DNA of 36,743 nt from Bacteriovoracaceae bacterium (GTDB lineage Bacteria > Bdellovibrionota > Bacteriovoracia > Bacteriovoracales > Bacteriovoracaceae). The stretch lies in NCBI GenBank assembly GCA_018649885.1, contig JABIHA010000085.1, positions 1-36,743 on the forward strand, given 5' to 3'. The position numbers were made by a program, and so were the translations under genes. Shown piece after piece: positions 29,657 to 36,743 of this stretch. The notes beneath the pieces were generated by a model. The model saw only the letters and a program-made list of their open reading frames with translations. It did not search any database and was not told the DNA's origin. Positions within the stretch are counted from its first letter, which is position 1. The number at the start of each line of letters is the position of its first letter.

Positions 29657-29745
29657 GTCAAGGAAGACAGAATGGATCCAAGGATGGGAGATAGCTTCTC
29701 ACATTAGGTGATTTGCGGAGGGCCAAGGATGGCCTTTCTTTTTTT
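29657..29745 (+). ncRNA. Candidate CsrA/RsmA-sequestering small RNA
   Basis: Three AAGGAW hexaloop hairpins, additional GGA motifs, U-tract terminator; GTCGATAT sigma-28-like -10 at 29643-50; boundaries inferred. Confidence 0.55.
29717..29745 (+). terminator. Rho-independent terminator
   Basis: GGAGGGCC-AAGGAT-GGCCTTTC stem-loop followed by T7. Confidence 0.8.
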
Positions 29746-29868
29746 CTGGATGACAATATTCACAGGCATCAATAAATTCTATTTATTCAATAAAACTTAT
29801 TTCAAATCTCACAGTCTTCTTTTTTAATTCAAACAGTTACACAGCAAAATTTCTTACCTAAGCAAAAA

Positions 29869-29898
29869 GGTCAATTTTTGACCGTAAATAGCCGATAA
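29869..29898 (+). promoter_or_regulatory. Sigma-28 (FliA)-like promoter overlapped by a palindrome
   Basis: TCAA-N16-GCCGATAA (perfect -10 at 29891-98); GGTCAA-TTT-TTGACC at 29869-83. Confidence 0.6.
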
Positions 29899-29936
29899 TT
29901 ATTGGAGAGAGAACTTAACTTTAACAATGATTTCAG

Positions 29937-32900
29937 ATGATTAGAAAGTGGCTGTCCTACATTCTATGCATAAGCTTACTGGTTGCAAACCTAGGCTTGT
30001 CTCATGCTAAAACAGCTACCTCAATTAAATATAGGCCTTATGCACATAATCTAAAATATAAAAAGCTCCAAAGAAAGAGAGCAAAGCAGGCCAAAAAGAA
30101 GTTACTTGAGAAAAAGAAGAAGGCTAAAGCAAAAAAAGAAAAAGAATCTCAAAAGAAAAAGAAAGAGCTGAGAAAAAAGCAAAAATTGGCAAAGAAAAAG
30201 GCAAAGGCGCTAAAAAAGAAAAAGCGTTTGGCCAAGAAATTGAAGAAAAAAGCTAAAAAGAAGGCCAAAAAGAAGAAAAAGAAATCTAAGAAGAAAAAGA
30301 AATCTAAGAAAAAATCTAAGAAGAGCTCGAGAAAGCTTTCCAAGAAGAGTTCGAAAAAGAGTTCTAAGAAGAGCTCGAGAAAGAGTTCTAAGAAGAGCTC
30401 GAAAAAGCTTTCCAAGAAGAGTTCGAAAAAGAGTTCTAAGAAGAGCTCGAAAAAGAGTTCTAAGAAGAGCTCGAAAAAGCTTTCCAAGAAGAGATCGAAA
30501 AAGCTTTCCAAGAAGAGCTCGAGAAAAAGTTCTAAGAAGAGCTCGAAAAAGAGTTCTAAGAAGAGTTTGAGAAAGAGTTCCAAGAAGAGTTCGAGAAAGA
30601 GTTCCAAGAAGAGCTCAAAAAAGAATTCAAAGAGGAGTTCAAAGAGGAGCTCTAAAAGAGGATCAAAAAAATCTAGCATAAAAGGTACTAGATTAAATAG
30701 AAAAAGCTCGAGTAGGTCTAAGAAGAATCAAGCTGTGCCTACTAAATCTAGTGCTAGCAAGAAAGTAGGAAAAAGAGTCCTAGGAAAAAATATCAAAGCA
30801 GTAAATTTACAAAATCTAAAAGGGAGAATTGTTCCTAGAAGACTGAAAGGATCGCGTGGAAGTTCAACTTCAACAACACTTACGAGGCCCACAGCTACTA
30901 GTTCTACAACTTTAACGAGACCAGGCTCTAGAACTTTGACTAAGCCTAGTGCAACAATCTCCACAACTCTAACGAGACCAGGCTCTAGAACTTTGACTAA
31001 GCCTAGTACAACAATCTCCACAACTCTTACGAGACCAGGTTCTAGAACTTTAACTAAGCCTAGTGCAACAATCTCTACCACTTTAACGAGACCAAGCTCT
31101 AGTACAACTTTAACGAAGCCTAGTGCTGCAATCTCTACCACTTTAACGAGACCAAGCTCTAGTACAACTCTAACTAAACCTAGTACTGCAATCTCTACTA
31201 CTTTGACGAGACCAAGCTCTAGTACAACTCTAACTAAACCTAGTACTGCAATCTCTACTACTTTGACGAGACCAAGCTCTAGTACAACTCTAACGAAGCC
31301 TAGTGCTGCAATCTCTACCACTTTAACGAGACCAAGCTCTAGTACAACTCTAACAAAGCCTAGTGCTGCAATCTCTACCACTTTAACAAAGCCTGGGACT
31401 ACAACATCTACTATGGTGACAAGTCCTGGAACTGCCACATCTACAACTTTGACTATTCCAGGGACTACAACATCCACAGCGATGACAAGGCCTGGCGCTA
31501 CCACTACAACTTCTACAACTCTAACTGGAGCTGCAAGCTCAACGACATTGATAAAACCTGAGACCACAACTTCAACTACAGTGACAAGACCGGGAGGGAC
31601 AACCTCTACATCATTGACTAGCTCTGGCACGGCAACTATTACATCAGCGGAATTAACTGAGACTACAACCTCAACGACCTCACTGAGACCAGGAAGTGCA
31701 CAAGTAGGGCCGGGAAAAGGTGGCAATGGATCTCAAATAGGTGGAGGTGGTGTTTTAACTGAAGTTGGAGACGGTGTAATTGGTGGAGGAGGTGTTCCTA
31801 CAGCACCAGGCAAAGGGGAGCTTGGCACAAAAGTGGGGGACGGTGTTATTAGTGATGGTGCTCCCACACTTGAAGTGGGTGACGGAAGCTCTGAATCAGT
31901 TTTAGATGCTGAAGCGGGTTCCAGTGCAGATACAACCTCAGAGGGAGATGATTCTAGCTCATCTACTGAAGAAGGTGAAAGTACGGATTCTAGTAGTAGT
32001 GATGATAGCGATGATTCAAGCTCTTCAAGTGAAGAGGGTGAAAGCACAGATTCTAGTAGTAGTGATGATAGCGATGATTCAAGCTCTTCAAGTGAAGAGG
32101 GGGAAAGCACAGATTCAAGTAGTAGTGATGATAGCGATGATTCAAGCTCTTCAAGTGAAGAGGGTGAAAGCACAGATTCAAGTAGTAGTGATGATAGTGA
32201 CGACTCGAGTTCTTCATCTAGTAGTGATGACGATGATTCAAGTTCTTCATCTAGTAGTGATGACGATGATTCAAGTTCTTCATCGAGTAGTGATGATGAT
32301 GATTCAAGTTCTTCATCTAGTAGTGATGACGATGATTCAAGTTCTTCATCGAGTAGTGATGATGATGATTCAAGTTCTTCATCGAGTAGTGATGATGATG
32401 ATTCAAGTTCTTCATCTAGTAGTGATGACGATGATTCAAGTTCTTCCTCTAGTAGTGATGACGATGATTCAAGTTCCTCATCGAGCAGTGATGACGATGA
32501 TGACGATGATGACTCAAGCTCTTCTTCGAGCAGTGATGATGAAGAAGAGGAAGAAGAAGAGGAAGCAGCTACTGTTGAAATTCCAGATAACCTAGATGAT
32601 TTTGAATGGGAGAGTTCTGATCCAGGAACTGGAGATACTTTTGGCGTGTCCGCTGGCGAGGAAAATGAGGGGAAAATAAGACCAAATTGTAGTAGTTCAT
32701 CATGGAAGCTTGTGGCCAATCAGGGGCATGACCTTTGTTTATATTCGCCTTCTACTAATTTGAAATGTAATGGATATGGGGATTACTTCCAAAGTAACTT
32801 TAGCTTAAAGGGAGTTTCCGGAGATAAAGATAAGTGTGTTTATAAGACTGACTTTTCCGTTGAGCACCAAAATTTTAAAACCTGTAAGGATATATACACG

Positions 32901-33071
32901 GTGAGCTCTACGGTAAAAACTAAGTTTTATGTGGTCACAGATGAAGACTCCTCAGGAAGAGATGTTTTAAAGTGCCACTATTATAGAAAAGCAAAAAAAT
33001 CATGTCCCAGAGGTTATAAGTTTACTAAGGACTATTCTGGCGATGAAGATTATTGTGTTTTCCAAGAGTAA
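29937..33071 (+). CDS. Secreted low-complexity block protein with Cys-rich C-terminal domain
   Basis: Signal peptide ending SHA; Lys-rich, SSKK, TLT(R/K)P, Gly-rich and Ser/Asp/Glu blocks; 8-Cys terminal domain; repeats vary mainly at synonymous sites in this frame. Confidence 0.88.
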   Translation: MIRKWLSYILCISLLVANLGLSHAKTATSIKYRPYAHNLKYKKLQRKRAKQAKKKLLEKKKKAKAKKEKESQKKKKELRKKQKLAKKKAKALKKKKRLAKKLKKKAKKKAKKKKKKSKKKKKSKKKSKKSSRKLSKKSSKKSSKKSSRKSSKKSSKKLSKKSSKKSSKKSSKKSSKKSSKKLSKKRSKKLSKKSSRKSSKKSSKKSSKKSLRKSSKKSSRKSSKKSSKKNSKRSSKRSSKRGSKKSSIKGTRLNRKSSSRSKKNQAVPTKSSASKKVGKRVLGKNIKAVNLQNLKGRIVPRRLKGSRGSSTSTTLTRPTATSSTTLTRPGSRTLTKPSATISTTLTRPGSRTLTKPSTTISTTLTRPGSRTLTKPSATISTTLTRPSSSTTLTKPSAAISTTLTRPSSSTTLTKPSTAISTTLTRPSSSTTLTKPSTAISTTLTRPSSSTTLTKPSAAISTTLTRPSSSTTLTKPSAAISTTLTKPGTTTSTMVTSPGTATSTTLTIPGTTTSTAMTRPGATTTTSTTLTGAASSTTLIKPETTTSTTVTRPGGTTSTSLTSSGTATITSAELTETTTSTTSLRPGSAQVGPGKGGNGSQIGGGGVLTEVGDGVIGGGGVPTAPGKGELGTKVGDGVISDGAPTLEVGDGSSESVLDAEAGSSADTTSEGDDSSSSTEEGESTDSSSSDDSDDSSSSSEEGESTDSSSSDDSDDSSSSSEEGESTDSSSSDDSDDSSSSSEEGESTDSSSSDDSDDSSSSSSSDDDDSSSSSSSDDDDSSSSSSSDDDDSSSSSSSDDDDSSSSSSSDDDDSSSSSSSDDDDSSSSSSSDDDDSSSSSSSDDDDSSSSSSSDDDDDDDDSSSSSSSDDEEEEEEEEAATVEIPDNLDDFEWESSDPGTGDTFGVSAGEENEGKIRPNCSSSSWKLVANQGHDLCLYSPSTNLKCNGYGDYFQSNFSLKGVSGDKDKCVYKTDFSVEHQNFKTCKDIYTVSSTVKTKFYVVTDEDSSGRDVLKCHYYRKAKKSCPRGYKFTKDYSGDEDYCVFQE
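30282..30677 (+). repeat. 12-bp coding tandem repeat (SSKK-type)
   Basis: AGTTCTAAGAAG/AGCTCGAAAAAG variants, roughly 30 tetrapeptide units. Confidence 0.9.
30909..31379 (+). repeat. 57-bp x3 and 60-bp x5 coding tandem repeats (Thr/Ser/Pro-rich)
   Basis: TLTRPGSRTLTKPSATIST x3 then TLTRPSSSTTLTKPS(A/T)AIST x5. Confidence 0.92.
31947..32540 (+). repeat. 63-bp x4 and 33-bp x~10 coding tandem repeats (Ser/Asp/Glu)
   Basis: DDSSSSSEEGESTDSSSSDDS x4 then S7-D4 units. Confidence 0.92.
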
Positions 33072-33318
33072 AATCCAAAATTCCTTTTATAATTAAAATG
33101 ATGCAAAGAACATTTATACAACTCTATGGGTCATTTTAATGACGCGATTGTCATTTCACTCTTTTCACTAAGGAACACCCTAATCGTATAAATAAACTAA
33201 AAACAATGCACCGTGCTTTCTAAAAAAAATACACTGTATGTTCCCAACAACTTTTTTCGCGCCTATACCTCCTCAATTCTAAAATTCATTTTGTGTATAA
33301 GAAAAAAGGTTAACAAGA

Positions 33319-36318
33319 ATGAAATTCGCTCAATATTTTTTGCCATTAACTTTAATGCTTTGCGTTAATTCACTTTATGCAGGTGATCCTACTCCCCCTC
33401 AATATTTTGAAACAGCAGCAGAGGCCTTTGAGTCACTTGTAGAGTCAGGTCAAAATTTAAAGGCCAGACCACTAGCTGTGAAAAACTCATCCTCGGGATT
33501 GGTAAGTTACGGAGGCGAGAAGGAGGGATCTTCATCTCTAATGACAAGAATTATGGGACCTACTCCAGATGTTTTGCTTTCCTATGTGAATGGACTGCCA
33601 AAGCTGGAGCGTAAGAAATTTCTCAAAAGATTTTTATCTGAGTTTGTATCAGGAAAGATTAGGCAGGCTGGCGTTGTAGATGTAGAGGGAAGAAATGTTG
33701 AGATTGATTTAACTGAAATTCGAGGTGATTTCAAAAAAATGAAATTAGCTCAATTGACGGAGCGCTTTGAATATTTCCTTATTTTATCTGAGGGACGTCC
33801 CTTTTCATTTATATCAAGTGCTGCAAAAAGAAAAATTTTTCTTGGAAAATATGCAGGCCAAACTACTGCTACTGCGTTTAAGAGCATTAGGTATAGTGGC
33901 TCAAAGTGGGTTGCCAATTTTGGTGAATCACAAAAATACGTTGATGCTGTACACGGTACTGGAGTTGGTGGTTGGGAGTTTACATTTAAGCCAATGAACT
34001 CCTTTGCAGAGTTTGAAGTCTTTATCGCATGGTTTAAATCAAAGCTTGCGACAAAATATAGGTTATTTGAAGCTCCTGGGCATCAAAGAGTAGTGATGCC
34101 TGTTGCTCACTCAAAAAATAGTGAAATAACAAGAAAGCTTAGAAAGAGATGGCTTTCTTATATGGCAGAAACTCTCAGAATGGTTCAGGCTTATATTGTT
34201 GTAAGAGGAATAAAGGGCTCAACTGGTATTGAGTACGCAAATTATAAGAGTGTCCATTCTGATTCGACTCTAGAGAGTGTGGCCACAAATGAATCGGGAA
34301 CAGGAAGAGGTGTTCTAAGGGTCGATAGCTTTGGCAGGTGGTATACAGATTCTTTTGGCATAGAGCTTAGATCTGGGACAAAAGATGCTGAAGTTCAACG
34401 ATTTGTTGAGCAAGTGCTTTCTGCTAGAGGTGCAACTGCTGACTTTTCAGGACTCAGCACTATAAGTGACTATAGTTTTATTGAGGATGTACCTAGGACA
34501 ATAGAAGAATTTGGAAAAAAGTTTGGGGTTAATAGAGAAGTGGCCAAAGCATTTTTAGACAACGTTAAAAATGCTCGTGGAGGCCCCAAAGGAAAGGGTA
34601 TTTCTAGCATGAGATATCTATTACCACTTTGGAGTTGGGAAAATGCTCCTTTTGGAACCAGCAAGGCCTCTACTTTTCAAAGTGCTAGGGCCGAATTTAT
34701 CCGGTCTGTGGCCAGGACAAGCTCACCAAGTGTTCAAGATATTAGATCTCATATGAAGGGATTTATCCGCAGGACAAATGTTGAAGTCGACTTAGTGGGG
34801 TACATGACTCCTGCAAAGGGGCTTGGTTCAAAAGTTAACTCTCTAGCGAGAGTGGTATATCCATTAGATAAACCAAGATCAAAAAATCCAAATCTTGTAG
34901 ATTTGGGGATCGAATTTTCAGGAAGATTTCCTGGAATGCTGAGCTCTTCTCTGACAGGAGCTATGGCCACTGGTCAAAGAGAGTGGGTCTACACTAATTA
35001 TGATTTACTTCCATCTGAAAGGGATCGAGTGATTGGTGCCGTCGCTGAGTCTCTTGGACGAAATCTTGACGGTGGTGGTGACAATTTTAGAGTGACTAAA
35101 CTTACAGCAGGGGAAGGCCATGGGCATGGATTATCTATTGCCTATGAAGTAATCGATAACAGACAAAGAAAGTGGAGAGTTGAATGGGATGGAGTTGGCA
35201 GAAGTTATACTCCTGAAGGAGAGGTCATTAGTTCTTCAGTACGAGGCGGGCACATTGAGCTTGTTACACCCAAATTTAAACCTCAGTATCAAGATATTGC
35301 TGCTGTTTATCAGTCTTTTAGTGAACACGGTGTGATTCCTTCTCATAAAGCAGGTGGCGGTCACATAAATATTGACCTTGCTCCTTTTAAAGGCAATCCA
35401 AGAGCACTTGCTAGGTTTCTTTCTCTCTTTCACCAGCACAGAGGAATTATGGCATTGATGTTTCAAAACCCTGGAAGAATTTCAGCTGCTCAGCCTATTG
35501 AAATTTCAGACAAGCTTGCAAGAGAGTTGGCCAATTTCTCAGGAACGGAAACACAGTTAAAGCAGCTTCTATACAATGAAGGATATTTTAATAAGCGTGT
35601 TGGAAGAAAAACAAGAAATGTTCAAGTTGATCTTTCTCCATTTTTTCAAGATGTCATTCCAGCTAAATTAATTTCTGGTGATTATGATATGAAAAACCCA
35701 AAGGTTCCATGGCGGCGTCAATTTAGAGTTGAGCCACACATTAGAAAAATGGAAATGAGGATGTTCGATGCTGCTGTAAATCCTATTGAGGCTGCATCTC
35801 AAATTAGACTCGTGAGAGCTTTACTACACGAGGCCCTTAGTGGAACCTCACAACTTACTGGCAGCGTTCAAAGTGTTGATTACGAACAATTTGCTCGCGA
35901 TACAACAGGTGAGAAATCCATGCGAAAACTAAAGGCCATGTGTAGACAACTTGGACTTCCCGTTGAGCAGTACAAGGGATTTGTTTACCAGGGAATCAGG
36001 CAATCGAGTATGGCGGTCAATTCCAAGCACTATGTTAGATATTCAAGAAAAATGAGTCAAAGACACTGGGTGGAGGTTGAAGGTTGGGGACGTGCCCTCA
36101 AAGGGAAAAGGCCAAGCTCTCGCGCTCTCAGTTCTGAGAGCAGAACTTGGTCGGGAGAAGCCTGTGCTGAGGCCGTAACACTGATGCGCTCAAGAGTTGA
36201 GTCTGCAACTCTAGCTCTTCCTGAAAGAGAAAAATTTGATAGGGAGAGGGATAGCTCGAAAGGTTATAGTCGAAAATTAGGTCTAGCAATATCATGTAAA
36301 GAAGTATTTGCGTTTTAA
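33319..36318 (+). CDS. Large secreted protein with amidoligase (COOH-NH2 ligase)-like domain(s)
   Basis: Signal peptide ending LYA; C-half GIEF, WRVEWDG, ELVTP, GGHINI, EMRMF in Amidoligase_2 order; N-half has GWEF..KP, PGHQRV, GIELR. Confidence 0.6.
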   Translation: MKFAQYFLPLTLMLCVNSLYAGDPTPPQYFETAAEAFESLVESGQNLKARPLAVKNSSSGLVSYGGEKEGSSSLMTRIMGPTPDVLLSYVNGLPKLERKKFLKRFLSEFVSGKIRQAGVVDVEGRNVEIDLTEIRGDFKKMKLAQLTERFEYFLILSEGRPFSFISSAAKRKIFLGKYAGQTTATAFKSIRYSGSKWVANFGESQKYVDAVHGTGVGGWEFTFKPMNSFAEFEVFIAWFKSKLATKYRLFEAPGHQRVVMPVAHSKNSEITRKLRKRWLSYMAETLRMVQAYIVVRGIKGSTGIEYANYKSVHSDSTLESVATNESGTGRGVLRVDSFGRWYTDSFGIELRSGTKDAEVQRFVEQVLSARGATADFSGLSTISDYSFIEDVPRTIEEFGKKFGVNREVAKAFLDNVKNARGGPKGKGISSMRYLLPLWSWENAPFGTSKASTFQSARAEFIRSVARTSSPSVQDIRSHMKGFIRRTNVEVDLVGYMTPAKGLGSKVNSLARVVYPLDKPRSKNPNLVDLGIEFSGRFPGMLSSSLTGAMATGQREWVYTNYDLLPSERDRVIGAVAESLGRNLDGGGDNFRVTKLTAGEGHGHGLSIAYEVIDNRQRKWRVEWDGVGRSYTPEGEVISSSVRGGHIELVTPKFKPQYQDIAAVYQSFSEHGVIPSHKAGGGHINIDLAPFKGNPRALARFLSLFHQHRGIMALMFQNPGRISAAQPIEISDKLARELANFSGTETQLKQLLYNEGYFNKRVGRKTRNVQVDLSPFFQDVIPAKLISGDYDMKNPKVPWRRQFRVEPHIRKMEMRMFDAAVNPIEAASQIRLVRALLHEALSGTSQLTGSVQSVDYEQFARDTTGEKSMRKLKAMCRQLGLPVEQYKGFVYQGIRQSSMAVNSKHYVRYSRKMSQRHWVEVEGWGRALKGKRPSSRALSSESRTWSGEACAEAVTLMRSRVESATLALPEREKFDRERDSSKGYSRKLGLAISCKEVFAF

Positions 36319-36330
36319 TAGAGGAATACC

Positions 36331-36743
36331 ATGAGAAAGTTAATTTTAATAATTGCATTAATTAGTTTTGCACAAAGCTTATTTTGGGAAGCACACGCCA
36401 GAGGGCGCTCAAGAGTCCGAATTAAGAATATGATTCATTCTATTAGAAGATACAATGAATCAAAAACTGAGTTTAGAAAGTTATCCTTAACCGAAAGAAA
36501 AGAGGCGGGAGAGTTTCTAAGTGTACTTCTTGTAGAACTTAATTCTCTTCACAAGGATAAGCTGACAAAGTTTGATCTCAAAAGATGGATTAGAAACTCA
36601 CAAGGTCTTGATGCTAAAACAAAGTCGGTAGAGGAGCTTTTATTTCTTATAAATGAAAGTGCTTTAACTGATCCTACTGTCGAGTTAGGTTTTTCTCTCA
36701 ATTCGAGAGCTCAAGTTGAACTTAAGAAATCTATTTTGGCCTC
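36331..36743 (+). CDS. Secreted hypothetical protein (partial, runs off window)
   Basis: GAGGA RBS, ATG 36331, MRKLILIIALISFAQSLFWEAHA signal peptide, frame open to the end; absent from the ORF track. Confidence 0.8.
   Translation, partial: MRKLILIIALISFAQSLFWEAHARGRSRVRIKNMIHSIRRYNESKTEFRKLSLTERKEAGEFLSVLLVELNSLHKDKLTKFDLKRWIRNSQGLDAKTKSVEELLFLINESALTDPTVELGFSLNSRAQVELKKSILA

Noticed and set aside
30149..32719. Antisense and alternate-frame ORFs (176, 332, 328, 229 aa)
   Set aside because: Shadows of the in-frame tandem repeats; only the 1044-aa frame has a signal peptide, a folded domain and synonymous variation
1038..36358. Other short ORFs nested in or antisense to annotated genes (e.g. 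1156-1527, 13930-14280, 20127-20549)
   Set aside because: Overlap well-supported genes, with no motifs or RBS
1..36743. Prophage, defence island or transposon
   Set aside because: No integrase, transposase, phage structural, nuclease or RT motifs recognised; Bor-like genes alone are insufficient

Overview
AT-rich bacterial chromosomal segment. Its gene content (orphan GspE/PilB ATPase, AgmX/PglI-type TonB-C protein, PilZ protein, many orphan secreted proteins, sigma-28-like promoters) suggests a predatory Bdellovibrionota lineage such as Bacteriovoracia; this is an inference. Metabolic and stress genes include an atypical PEP carboxylase, upp, hslO, hpf, USP, CBS, AhpD-like, argE-like, hisN-like and a liuB-C-D(split)-E leucine catabolism operon with a palindromic operator. 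No rRNA, tRNA, CRISPR, integrase or transposase was recognised. Most notable: (1) a candidate CsrA/RsmA-sponge sRNA at ~29657-29745; (2) a secreted 1044-aa block-polyampholyte protein (Lys/SSKK, Thr-Pro, Ser/Asp blocks, Cys-rich end) behind a sigma-28-like promoter, followed by a secreted 999-aa tandem amidoligase-fold protein; (3) a eukaryote-like DEGS sphingolipid desaturase divergent from a YhhN-like membrane protein; (4) a duplicated 91-bp double-hairpin element with a compensatory base change at the window start.
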